From Pedococcus sp. (GTDB lineage: Bacteria > Actinomycetota > Actinomycetes > Actinomycetales > Dermatophilaceae): a stretch of 64,000 bases of DNA. Where the stretch lies: assembly GCF_036554925.1 (NCBI RefSeq), contig NZ_DATBMI010000189.1:10224-74223 (forward strand), read 5' to 3'. Positions 29,907 to 38,567 of the stretch are shown piece after piece. Position numbers and translations under genes: made by a program. Position 1 is the first letter of the stretch. Each line of letters begins with the position of its first letter. Under the pieces are notes generated by a model. The model did no database searches, had not been told where the DNA came from, and saw only the letters and a list, made by a program, of their open reading frames with translations.

Positions 29907-30368
29907 ATGTCGTTCACCACCCTCATGGAGGACGTCACGCGTGCCTTCGAGGCCTGTGGGGTCCTCGTCCTCGTGGTCGGCCTGCTCTGGTCGCTGGCCC
30001 TCGCGGGCAGGGTCTGGCGGGCCACCCGGCACGGGCAGGAGGCCTACCGCGTCCTCCGGTCGTCGTTCGGCGCGGCGCTGCTCCTCGGCCTCGAGATCCT
30101 CGTGGCCGCGGACCTGATCAAGACCGTGGCGGTCGCGACCACTCTGGAGAACGTCGTCGTGCTGGGCCTGATCGTGCTCATCCGCACCTTCCTCAGCTTC
30201 TCGCTCGAGGTGGAGATCGAGGGGACCCTGCCCTGGCGCCGTGCCCTGGGCGGTGGCGCCGGCCTCCTCGCCCGCACCACAGCCGGTGGCCGGGGGCGGA
30301 CGCAGGACCACGGCGTGGACCCGCGAGACGCGACCGGGCAGACCGCGGCCGGCGAGGGACGGGGCTGA
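29907..30368 (+). CDS. DUF1622-like membrane protein
   Basis: 153 aa. FGAALLLGLEILVAADLIKTV and VLGLIVLIRTFLSFSLEVE are typical of DUF1622. Confidence 0.65.
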   Translation: MSFTTLMEDVTRAFEACGVLVLVVGLLWSLALAGRVWRATRHGQEAYRVLRSSFGAALLLGLEILVAADLIKTVAVATTLENVVVLGLIVLIRTFLSFSLEVEIEGTLPWRRALGGGAGLLARTTAGGRGRTQDHGVDPRDATGQTAAGEGRG

Positions 30369-30413
30369 CGCACCCGACCTGGGCGGGCCTCGACGCCGGC
30401 TCCGCCGTGACAG

Positions 30414-31637
30414 CTACCTCGGCAGCGACCCGCCGGGCCCCAGGCCCTTCGCCTGGGCGGCCGCCCCAGCCTCGTCCAGCACCTGGCGCAGGGGAAGGCC
30501 GAGTCTCTCGGCCAGGCCGGCGGCGTCCTCGAGCTCGGGTGTGGCATGGCGGATCAGGCCGTTGCCGTCCAGCGAGAGCTTCACCCTCACGGAGCCGTCA
30601 CGCACCGTCACCGAGCGCCAGTCGCGTTCGAGCGCAAGGCGGTTCACGGCATACTCGCGCACGCCGAAGGTGGTCGTCAGCGTGAGGAGCAGGTCACGCA
30701 GGGACGGGGCCAGCGACGGCGCGGACAGCACGGAGACGGTGTGTGCGGGCCGGCCCTTCTTCATCAGGATGGGCGTCAGCCAGGCATCCGCAGCCCCAGC
30801 CGCCATGAGCCGGGCCAGGACGTCCGGCCAGACCCGCGGGTCCAGGTCGTCCACGTTGGCCTCGATGACCCAGAGGCGTTCCCCCGTCAGCCGGTCGGCC
30901 GGGGTGCCCACCACGACGCGGACGACGTTGGCGCGGCCGGGGGTGTCCCGTGTCCCCGCCCCGACCCCGGTCAGCTGTACCCGGAGCGGGGGCAGCGGCC
31001 GGCACTCGCTGGCCAGGCCCCGGACCAGGGCCATGCCGGTGGGGGTGGCGAGCTCGCCGGAGCCACCGGAGACGACGTCCCAGCCGCGGGACAGCTCGAG
31101 GACGGCGGGCACGGGCACGGGCATCTCGCCGTGGGCGGAGCGGGTGGTCCCGGAGCCGAGGGCCGGCGGCCCGGCAGTCACGGACGTGATGCCGAGCAGG
31201 TCCAGCGCAGCGCAGGACCCCACGACGTCGGCGATGGAGTCCCACGCGCCGACCTCGTGGAAGTGGACCTCCTCGGCAGGGATGCCGTGGGCACGAGCCT
31301 CCGCGTCGGCCAGGCAGGCGAAGACAGCCAGGGCGCTGTCGCGCACCCGGTCCGCAAGGCCGGACCGCTCGAGGAGGTGGCGGATGTCGGACCAGCGCCG
31401 GTGCGGCTGGTCACCGGCCAGGACCTCGACCTCGACCTTGGTCGCACGCAGACCGGCTCGCCTCACAGTGGAGGACGTCAGTCGCACCGCCCCGGGCAGG
31501 GCCGTGTCGATGACCCCTTGGACGTCGTCCAGGGGGGCACCCGCGTCGACCAGGGCCCCCAGGAGCATGTCGCCGGCCACCCCCGCGCCGAGGTCGAGCC
31601 ACGCGTGCAGGTCGGCGCTCCCGGCGGTCTGCGGCAT
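30414..31637 (-). CDS. larC: LarC, nickel insertase (cyclometallase) for the nickel-pincer cofactor
   Basis: About 407 aa. N-terminal HAWLDLGAGVAGDMLLGALVDAGAP and HFHEVGAWDSIADVVG, with a C-terminal LarC2-like part. Start is ATG 31637; the ORF track uses TTG 31646. Confidence 0.85.
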   Translation of the reverse strand: MPQTAGSADLHAWLDLGAGVAGDMLLGALVDAGAPLDDVQGVIDTALPGAVRLTSSTVRRAGLRATKVEVEVLAGDQPHRRWSDIRHLLERSGLADRVRDSALAVFACLADAEARAHGIPAEEVHFHEVGAWDSIADVVGSCAALDLLGITSVTAGPPALGSGTTRSAHGEMPVPVPAVLELSRGWDVVSGGSGELATPTGMALVRGLASECRPLPPLRVQLTGVGAGTRDTPGRANVVRVVVGTPADRLTGERLWVIEANVDDLDPRVWPDVLARLMAAGAADAWLTPILMKKGRPAHTVSVLSAPSLAPSLRDLLLTLTTTFGVREYAVNRLALERDWRSVTVRDGSVRVKLSLDGNGLIRHATPELEDAAGLAERLGLPLRQVLDEAGAAAQAKGLGPGGSLPR

Positions 31638-31670
31638 GGGACCCAACGTAGTGGACCGCGCTGCCGGTCA

Positions 31671-31745
31671 GCGGCGATCCGTCGTGCGGCGATCCGTCGT
31701 GCGCCGATCCGTCGTGCGCCGATCCGTCGTGGGGCGATGCGTCGG
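31671..31745. repeat. 15-bp tandem repeat x5 (GCGGCGATCCGTCGT consensus, last copy degenerate)
   Basis: Read directly: copies at 31671, 31686, 31701, 31716 and 31731. They fill the gap between the stop of the 60-aa ORF (31746) and the larC start. Confidence 0.9.
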
Positions 31746-31928
31746 CTAGCCCGGCGACGGGGTGAGCCGCTCCAGGCTGCGGGCTGCGAGCTCGCGCAGG
31801 TCGGCCAGGCGCGCCGCCGCCATGGCCATGGCCGACTCGTCGCCCGTCGCCTCGGCAGCCCTGAGCTCGGCGATGGCCAGGAAGCGCTCCTCCTCGAGGG
31901 CGGCGGCGAAGGCGGTCATGACGCTCAT
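31746..31928 (-). CDS. small helical hypothetical protein (60 aa)
   Basis: Its ATG overlaps the stop of the upstream gene as ATGA (31925-31928). No recognisable family. Confidence 0.35.
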   Translation of the reverse strand: MSVMTAFAAALEEERFLAIAELRAAEATGDESAMAMAAARLADLRELAARSLERLTPSPG

Positions 31929-32446
31929 GGTCTCTCCTGTCGTCCGGGTGAGTGGGGGTAGCGGCCGATGATGGCGCCCGAACCCGCGCCGATCTCGCGG
32001 AACAGGCTGTGCAGCAGCGTGAAGGGGTCGGCATCCAGCACGATGCTCGGTGGCCCGTGGAGGGTCCGGCCGAGGCTCTCGGGCAGGGCGTCGAAGGCCG
32101 CCGCGGAGAGGATCAGCAGGCGCTGGTCGCCGCCGATGTGGACGAGCTCCTGGCCCTCGCCGTGGCCGGGCACCGGCCGGTGGCCGCTCCGGGTCACGAG
32201 AACCGCTGGCGGCGCCTGTCGCGACATGACGAGGGCGTCGCCGTCATCGGTGCACGCGACCGCGGTGAAGCAGTCGCGGCCCGAGGCACGACCCCGCGGG
32301 AGATCGGCGACCACGATCTCCGTCAGGTGGGGGTGGTGGCTCTCGACCTGCGCCAGGCCGCGCCGGCACTCGATCGCGGTGATCTGCCACCCGCCCACGG
32401 CATGGTCGGTGCGGAGGACGTCGCGCTCGGTCAGCTGCATCACCAT
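31925..32446 (-). CDS. hypothetical protein, weak resemblance to a degenerate SpoIIE/PP2C fold
   Basis: 173 aa from ATG 32446. Overlaps the STAS gene end by 7 nt. The segments GRDCFTAV and GDQRLLILSAAAF recall PP2C motifs only loosely. Confidence 0.45.
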   Translation of the reverse strand: MVMQLTERDVLRTDHAVGGWQITAIECRRGLAQVESHHPHLTEIVVADLPRGRASGRDCFTAVACTDDGDALVMSRQAPPAVLVTRSGHRPVPGHGEGQELVHIGGDQRLLILSAAAFDALPESLGRTLHGPPSIVLDADPFTLLHSLFREIGAGSGAIIGRYPHSPGRQERP

Positions 32447-32775
32447 CGTGGGGTTCCTTCCGCTGGGTCGTCCAGGAGCCCGCACCGTTGCAGCACCTGT
32501 CGGTGGGCGGCGGCCCCGACCTCCTCGACCGCGAAGGGGACGGCAGCCGCCGCGCAGGTGCGCCGCGACCAGAGCAGGGCTGCGACGGTGACCGACGACA
32601 TCCGACTCAGGGCCGACACGTCGACGGCGACGCGGCCCCGGCGGTGGACGAGGCACTCGCCGACGCGCGCCCGGAGCGTGAGGAGGTCCTGGGCGAGGGA
32701 GTGGTCGCGCAGGGCCACCAGGCCGTCGCCGTCGTGGTCGGCGGGGTGCGCCCTGCCCGTCGCCTGGATGGTCAT
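32440..32775 (-). CDS. STAS-domain protein (anti-sigma-factor antagonist-like)
   Basis: 111 aa. The pattern VALRDHSL...RVAVDVSALSRMSSVTVAALL is typical of STAS/SpoIIAA. Confidence 0.7.
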   Translation of the reverse strand: MTIQATGRAHPADHDGDGLVALRDHSLAQDLLTLRARVGECLVHRRGRVAVDVSALSRMSSVTVAALLWSRRTCAAAAVPFAVEEVGAAAHRQVLQRCGLLDDPAEGTPRW

Positions 32776-32968
32776 GCCGCCCCCTCACCGGTCAGCGTTC
32801 CTTGTGGTGCCTGGCGCCCTGCGCCGCCGCTCTCTGCGGCTGCGACCCCCTGCGTGTTGAAGGCTGCCAGCGCTGTGTGACAGGACCTCGCTGGTTTTCT
32901 TTGCGGTTTCATGACAACCCCCTCTGCCGGCCCTCGGGTGCGTCGGGGGCCGCTCGGCCGGTGGCAGA

Positions 32969-33685
32969 ATGCCGAGCGTGTCGGTCAGCATCCTGGTTCT
33001 GGAGGACGACGACGGGATCCGGTCGTCGCTGGCGCTGGCCATGGGCGGAGAGGGGTACGACCCTGTGCCCCACGGCACCGCGGAGTCCGCACTCGCTGCG
33101 GTCCACGAGCGGCCCGTCGACCTCATGCTGGTCGACCTCATGCTCGGTGCCATGGACGGCTTCACCTTCATCCGCGAGGTCCGGCAGGTCAGCGATGCTC
33201 CGATCATCGTGGTCAGCGCGCGCACCGACACGCACGACATCGTGGCCGCCCTGGAGGCGGGCGCGGACGACTACGTCACCAAGCCGTTCGAGGTCAAGGA
33301 GGTCAGCGCACGGCTGCGTGCCCTGCTGCGGCGCCCGCAGGGGATCACCCGGGACGGCAGCCGCGAGGACCCCGACCGGATCGTCATCGACTCGCGCAGC
33401 GGGCTGGTTCTCGACGTGGCTGCAGGCCTGGTCCGGCGCGGGCAGGAACCCCTGCACCTGACCATGACGGAGTTCCGGCTGCTGTGCGAGTTCGCGCGCC
33501 CGGCGGGACGCGTGCTCAGCCGTCGCGGCCTGCTCGAGCGGGTCTGGGAGCACGGCTACTTCGGCGACGAGCGCATCGTCGACGTCCACATCCGCCGACT
33601 CCGCACCAAGATCGAGCCGGTGCCCAGCCACCCCGAGCTCCTCGTGACCGTGCGCGGGCTCGGCTACCGGCTCGACCCACGGTGA
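32969..33685 (+). CDS. OmpR/PhoB-family response regulator
   Basis: ILVLEDDD...DLMLVDLMLGAMDG...DDYVTKPF receiver domain plus a winged-helix C-terminus (LTMTEFRLL...VRGLGYRL). Confidence 0.9.
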   Translation: MPSVSVSILVLEDDDGIRSSLALAMGGEGYDPVPHGTAESALAAVHERPVDLMLVDLMLGAMDGFTFIREVRQVSDAPIIVVSARTDTHDIVAALEAGADDYVTKPFEVKEVSARLRALLRRPQGITRDGSREDPDRIVIDSRSGLVLDVAAGLVRRGQEPLHLTMTEFRLLCEFARPAGRVLSRRGLLERVWEHGYFGDERIVDVHIRRLRTKIEPVPSHPELLVTVRGLGYRLDPR

Positions 33686-35064
33686 GGCGCCGCGGCCCCC
33701 TCGGGCTCCGCACCGTGGCGACCCTCTCCTTCGCAGGGCTGGCGCTGGCGGTCTCGGCGATCCTGGCGTACGGCACCTACCTCACGGCGCGGCACTACCT
33801 GATCGGGCAGCGCGAGCAGAGCGCGGCACGCCAGGCCTTCGCCGACGCTTCCGTGGTGCGCGACGGGCTCCTCACCAGTGGGGCGGAGGTCAGCGAGGTG
33901 CTCGGGTCCATCTCCCCGGCCGCGGGGTCCGTCGTCCTGCTCCACCGCAACGGCCAGTGGTACTCCTCGTCGCTCAGCGTCGGGGCGGACGCCGTGCCGC
34001 CGACCCTGCGGCAGGAGGTCGAGGGTGGGGGCGCAGCCGTCTCCTGGGGCCGGACGGGGGCCGGCCCGGTGGTGGTGGTCGGCCTGCCCCTCCCCGCGAT
34101 CGACGGGGAGTTCTTCGAGGTGGCGCCGACCTCCGAGCTCGACTCCACCCTGACGACGCTGGGCAGCGTGCTCGCGGTGTTCGCCTTCCTCACCACCGTG
34201 GGTGGGGCCCTCATCGGCAGGGCTGCCACGGCCCGGGTCGTCTCGCCGCTCGACGACATCGCCACCGCGGCGGCACGGATCGCCGCCGGCGAGATGGACA
34301 CGCGCCTGGCGCCGACCGAGGATCCGGACCTCACCGTGATCGTCGGGTCCTTCAACGCCATGGTGGAGGCCCTCGAGGAGCGCGTCGAGCGGGATGCGCG
34401 CTTCGCCGCCGACGTGAGCCACGAGCTGCGCTCGCCGGTGACCACGCTGATGACCAGCGTGGAGGTGCTGTCGGCCGCCGAGAGGGAGCTCCCCGAGGCC
34501 AGCCGGCAGGCGCTGCGACTGGTCGCGGGGGAGGTCGCCCGGCTGCGCCGGTCCCTGGAGCACCTGCTCGAGCTGGCGCGCCTGGAGGCGGGGGCCTCCA
34601 GCCGCGAGGAGTCCGTCGTGGAGATCGGTGACCTGGTGGCCCACACGCTCCTCGACAGCCGCCGCGCGGGCGTCCACGTGGCCCGGAGCGACGCCGGGGT
34701 CAGCGTACGGGGGGACAAGATGCAGCTGAGGCGAGCGTTGCTGAACCTCTTCGACAACGCCGACCTCCACGGCGGGGGACTCACGGCCGTGGAGGTGCTC
34801 GCGTGGGGCGGGTCCGCGCGCGTGCTGGTCGACGACGGGGGCGAGGGCGTGCCGCCCGAGGAGCGGGAGCGGATCTTCGAGCGGTTCGCGCGGGCGGGCT
34901 CGCGCGGGTCGCGGACGGGCACCGGCCTCGGCCTGAGCCTTGTCGCCGAGACGGCGAGGACCCACGGCGGAGCCGCCTGGTGCGAAGCGAGCCCGGGCGG
35001 CGGCGCGAGGTTCGTCCTGTCGCTGCCGCTCGCCGGCGCCACGAGACCGGAGGACGGCAGGTGA
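33682..35064 (+). CDS. sensor histidine kinase (two TM helices, HAMP, HisKA, HATPase_c)
   Basis: GTG 33682 overlaps the response regulator stop (GTGA). H-box is FAADVSHELRSPVT, N-box is LLNLFDNADLHG and G-box is GTGLGLSLV. Confidence 0.88.
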   Translation: MRRRGPLGLRTVATLSFAGLALAVSAILAYGTYLTARHYLIGQREQSAARQAFADASVVRDGLLTSGAEVSEVLGSISPAAGSVVLLHRNGQWYSSSLSVGADAVPPTLRQEVEGGGAAVSWGRTGAGPVVVVGLPLPAIDGEFFEVAPTSELDSTLTTLGSVLAVFAFLTTVGGALIGRAATARVVSPLDDIATAAARIAAGEMDTRLAPTEDPDLTVIVGSFNAMVEALEERVERDARFAADVSHELRSPVTTLMTSVEVLSAAERELPEASRQALRLVAGEVARLRRSLEHLLELARLEAGASSREESVVEIGDLVAHTLLDSRRAGVHVARSDAGVSVRGDKMQLRRALLNLFDNADLHGGGLTAVEVLAWGGSARVLVDDGGEGVPPEERERIFERFARAGSRGSRTGTGLGLSLVAETARTHGGAAWCEASPGGGARFVLSLPLAGATRPEDGR

Positions 35065-35675
35065 GGCCCGCGCTGGTGCGGCTCGCGCTCGCCGTCTCGG
35101 TCGCGGTGCCGGCGGGCTGCGGCGTCCCCTCGGAGTCCGAGCCGCGGCCCATCGCGGCCGTACCCTATGGCCTCTTGAGCCCCGGGGAGACCGCGACGTC
35201 GCGGCCGTCGGCGGCCGCCGGGCCGGGGCCATCCGTCTACCTGCTGCAGGATGACGACCGTCTGGAGCCGGTCGAGGTGAGCACCACGGGCCCTGGCGCG
35301 CAGGAGGCGGTCCGGGCGGTCCTCGCGCAGCTCTCCGCTGGACCGTCCGAGCAGGAGCGAGCGGCGGGGCTGGCCACAGCCCTGGGCCCGGAGGTGACAG
35401 TCAGCCTGCGCCGGCTCGTCGGCGACACGGCGGAGGTCGACGTCGGGGCGAGTGCCTCCGTGGCGTCGGCCGGACGCCTGCCGTTGGCCGTCGGTCAGGT
35501 GGTGCTCAGCGTGACGTCGGTCGGCGGGGTGTCCCGAGTCGTGCTGACCGAGGCCGGGCGGCCACTCGAGGCACCGCTGCCGGGTGGCGCGCTCACGTCG
35601 AACCCCCTGACCGCAGCCGACTACCGCAGCCTGGTCGGCAGCAGGCCCGAGGGCACCCAGCCCACGACGGGCTGA
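35061..35675 (+). CDS. GerMN-like lipoprotein
   Basis: GTG 35061 overlaps the kinase stop (GTGA). Lipobox is AVPAGCG. AVRAVLAQLSAGPSEQE is typical of GerMN/LpqB-type domains. Confidence 0.7.
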   Translation: MRPALVRLALAVSVAVPAGCGVPSESEPRPIAAVPYGLLSPGETATSRPSAAAGPGPSVYLLQDDDRLEPVEVSTTGPGAQEAVRAVLAQLSAGPSEQERAAGLATALGPEVTVSLRRLVGDTAEVDVGASASVASAGRLPLAVGQVVLSVTSVGGVSRVVLTEAGRPLEAPLPGGALTSNPLTAADYRSLVGSRPEGTQPTTG

Positions 35676-35680
35676 TCGGG

Positions 35681-36313
35681 TCAGCCCGCCAGGACGACGA
35701 CGAGCGTCCTGGGGCCGTGGACGCCCTCGACGCGGCTGAGCTCGATGTCGCTCGTGGCCGACGGGCCGCTGACGAGGGTCAGGGGGCGGGTGGGGTCGAC
35801 GCGACGCAGCCCCTCGGGGACGGTCTGCACGACGTCGGAGGCCAGCACGACGCAGACGTGGACGTCCGGCACCAGCGTGATGGCCCGACGACCGCACAGG
35901 GGGCTCCCGTCGAGGACGATCGTCCCGGTCTCGGCCACCGCCGTGACCGAACCGGTGACCACCGCGGAAGCTCGGTCGAGTTCGCGGGCCGTGGTGCTGC
36001 CGTCGTCCGTGCGAGCCCGCGGCACACCTCGCAGCCAGTCCGCCGGGACGCCGGGGGCGGCGATCGCCTCGCGGATCCCCAGCTCGGACAGGGCTGCTGC
36101 GATGGCGTCCCCGATCACCTCGTCGCCGGCTGGGACGCATAGCACGCGGGCCCGGTAGTCCTCGAGCCGGTCCGCGAGCTGCTCGAGGGCCTCAGTAGAC
36201 CCCGGAGCGTGCTCTCCGCGGGTGCGATAGCCGCGGGGCAGGCTGGTCACGGCCGAGGCGTCGCCGAGCGCGCCCCGGACCCGGGCCAGGACCTCCTCGC
36301 GCGCGTCGCTCAT
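35681..36313 (-). CDS. lutC: lactate utilization protein C (LUD domain)
   Basis: 210 aa. VTGSVTAVAETGTIVL and LTLVSGPSATSDIE. ATGA overlap with lutB. Confidence 0.85.
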   Translation of the reverse strand: MSDAREEVLARVRGALGDASAVTSLPRGYRTRGEHAPGSTEALEQLADRLEDYRARVLCVPAGDEVIGDAIAAALSELGIREAIAAPGVPADWLRGVPRARTDDGSTTARELDRASAVVTGSVTAVAETGTIVLDGSPLCGRRAITLVPDVHVCVVLASDVVQTVPEGLRRVDPTRPLTLVSGPSATSDIELSRVEGVHGPRTLVVVLAG

Positions 36314-37827
36314 GGCCGATCGTCCTGGTCAGGCCGGGTGCGCGCCCACCAGTCGCGGAACGTCTCCGGCGGGGGTGTGGGCAGGTCGCGCGAGGCCGTC
36401 CACCCGCTCAGCGGCGGGGGCAGCGGGAGCACTGGTCTTCCCTTCCGTACGCCGCGCCGACCAGCCGCCGCGGCCCGGCCCGCCCGCGCGAACCTGTCGG
36501 CGTCGCGCATCACCCAGGCCGCGGCCCGCATCGCGCCGGCCTCGGCCGTGGGGAGGGTGTGCGTCTCGGCGTGGGCCTCGGTGTGCTCGGCCCGGAGCTG
36601 GACGAGCAGGTCGGGGATGTTGATCTTGACCGGGCACACGTCGTAGCACGCGCCGCACAGCGAGGAGGCATACGGCAGCGAGTCGTTCGGGTCGTCGCCA
36701 CCGGTCATTCCCGTGAGCAGGGGGGTGAGCACCGCGCCGATGGGGCCGGGGTAGACCGACCCGTAGGCGTGGCCGCCGGTCCGCTCGTAGACCGGGCAGA
36801 CGTTCAGGCAGGCCGAGCAGCGGATGCAGTGGAGGGCGGTGCGCCCCAGGTCGTCGGCCAGGGCCCGGGTGCGGCCGTTGTCGAGCAGGACGAGGTGGAA
36901 CTCCTGGGGTCCGTCGCCCGGGGTGACGCCGGCCCAGGTGGAGGTGTACGGGTTCATCCGCTCGCCGGTCGAGGAGCGGGGAAGCAGCTGCAGGAAGACC
37001 TCGAGGTCGTGCCAGGTCGGCACGACCTTCTCGATCCCCATGACGGTGATGAGGGTCTCGGGCAGGGTCAGGCACATGCGCCCGTTGCCCTCCGACTCGA
37101 CCACGACGAGGGTGCCGGTCTCGGCGACGCCGAAGTTCGCTCCCGAGATCGCGACGCGAGCGCGCAGGAAGGCCTCGCGCAGGTGGGCGCGGGCTGCCGC
37201 GGCGAGGACTGCCGGCTCGTCGGTCAGGGCGTCGAGGTCGAGTCCGGGCATGCGCCGGGTGAAGATCTCGCGGATCTCGGCGCGGCCGCGGTGGATGGCC
37301 GGGACGAGGATGTGGGACGGCTTGTCGTCGGCGAGCTGGACGATCAGCTCGGCGAGGTCGGTCTCCAGGGCGGTGATGCCGGCGGCCTCGAGCGCCTCGT
37401 TGAGCCCGATCTCCTGGGTGGCCATCGACTTCACCTTGACCACCTCGTCGGCCCCGGTCTCGCGCACCAGGGTGGTCACGATGGCGTTGGCCTCGGCGGC
37501 GTCGCGCGCCCAGTGCACCACGCCGCCGCGGGCGGTCACGTTGGCCTCGAGCTGCTCGAGGAGCTCGGGCAGCCGGGCCATGGTGTCGGCCTTGATCGCC
37601 GATCCGGCATCGCGCAGGCGCTCCCAGTCGGGGACCTCGTCGACCACGTGGGCGCGCTTGGCGCGGATGGTGGAGGTGGCGTGGGCCAGGTTGCGCCTCA
37701 GGCGGGAGTCGCCCAGCGCGTCGCGGGCCGCCGACGGGAACGGTCGGTCGCCGGTCAGCTGGCCCACCGAGACGTCCGCCGGCGGCCCGGGAACGCGGCC
37801 GGACGGCATACCGAGGAAGGTGCTCAT
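36310..37827 (-). CDS. lutB: lactate utilization iron-sulfur protein B
   Basis: About 505 aa. LUD domain plus two ferredoxin-type Cys clusters (CIRCSACLNVCPV and CGACYDVCPV). Confidence 0.88.
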   Translation of the reverse strand: MSTFLGMPSGRVPGPPADVSVGQLTGDRPFPSAARDALGDSRLRRNLAHATSTIRAKRAHVVDEVPDWERLRDAGSAIKADTMARLPELLEQLEANVTARGGVVHWARDAAEANAIVTTLVRETGADEVVKVKSMATQEIGLNEALEAAGITALETDLAELIVQLADDKPSHILVPAIHRGRAEIREIFTRRMPGLDLDALTDEPAVLAAAARAHLREAFLRARVAISGANFGVAETGTLVVVESEGNGRMCLTLPETLITVMGIEKVVPTWHDLEVFLQLLPRSSTGERMNPYTSTWAGVTPGDGPQEFHLVLLDNGRTRALADDLGRTALHCIRCSACLNVCPVYERTGGHAYGSVYPGPIGAVLTPLLTGMTGGDDPNDSLPYASSLCGACYDVCPVKINIPDLLVQLRAEHTEAHAETHTLPTAEAGAMRAAAWVMRDADRFARAGRAAAAGRRGVRKGRPVLPLPPPLSGWTASRDLPTPPPETFRDWWARTRPDQDDRP

Positions 37828-38567
37828 GACTGGCTTGCCAGGATCTCGGCGAGGTGCACCGGGCGCACCCCGGTCCGGAGGCGGGACAGCCCGCCGCCGA
37901 TGTGCATCAGGCAGGAGGCGTCGCCGGCAGTGACGGCCTCCGCACGCGTGGCGAGGACCGCGCTCATCTTGTCGGCCAGCATCGCTGTGGAGGTGTCGGC
38001 GTTCTTCACCGAGAACGTTCCCCCGAAGCCGCAGCACGAGTCCGCGGCAGGCAGTTCCACCAGGTCGATCCCACGCACTCGGCGCAGGAGCTGCAGCGGC
38101 TTCTCGCCAACCCGCAGCATGCGCAGGGAGTGGCACGTGGGGTGGTAGGTCACGCGGTGCGGGTAGGACGCCCCCACGTCGGTGACCCCGAGGACGTCGA
38201 CGAGCAGCTCGGACAGCTCGTAGGTCCTCGCCGCGACAGCCTCCGCGCGCTCGGCGAGGGACTCGTCGCCGGCGCGGCGGGCGACCACCGCGTGCTGGTG
38301 GCGCACCGAGCCGGCGCAGGACCCGGAGGGGGCCACGACCGCCTCGGCGCCGTCGGCCAGGGCCTGCTCGAACACGTCGACATGGTGGCGCACCAGCCCG
38401 ACGGCATCGCCCTGGTAGCCGGTGTTGGTGTGCATCTGGCCGCAGCAGGTCTGGGCCTGCGGGAAGAGGACGTCGTGCCCGAGCCGCTCCAGCACGGCGA
38501 CGGTGGCCTTCCCGACCTCGGGGAAGAGCACGTCGCCGAGGCACGTCACGAACAGGGCGATCCTCAT
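37824..38567 (-). CDS. lutA: lactate utilization protein A, (Fe-S) oxidoreductase with CCG domains
   Basis: 247 aa. IALFVTCLGD, QTCCGQ and DSCCGFGG are CCG motifs. Confidence 0.88.
   Translation of the reverse strand: MRIALFVTCLGDVLFPEVGKATVAVLERLGHDVLFPQAQTCCGQMHTNTGYQGDAVGLVRHHVDVFEQALADGAEAVVAPSGSCAGSVRHQHAVVARRAGDESLAERAEAVAARTYELSELLVDVLGVTDVGASYPHRVTYHPTCHSLRMLRVGEKPLQLLRRVRGIDLVELPAADSCCGFGGTFSVKNADTSTAMLADKMSAVLATRAEAVTAGDASCLMHIGGGLSRLRTGVRPVHLAEILASQS

Noticed and set aside
31671-31745. Possible CRISPR array
   Set aside because: The repeats are only 15 bp and directly abutting with no spacers. No cas genes are in the window.
30241-31749. Plus-strand ORF whose C-terminus reads RRSVV repeated, suggesting a repeat protein
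   Set aside because: It is antisense to larC for most of its length and has no start context. The RRSVV repeats are simply the 15-bp intergenic tandem repeat read in frame.
32969-35675. Calling the triad the essential mtrA-mtrB-lpqB operon
   Set aside because: The lipoprotein is about one third the length of LpqB, and the regulator N-terminus does not look like MtrA. It is safer to treat it as a paralogous RR-HK-lipoprotein system.
33795-36140. 781-aa minus-strand ORF over the kinase, lipoprotein and lutC region
   Set aside because: It crosses three independently supported genes on two strands. It is Arg/Pro/Ser-rich and has no motifs.
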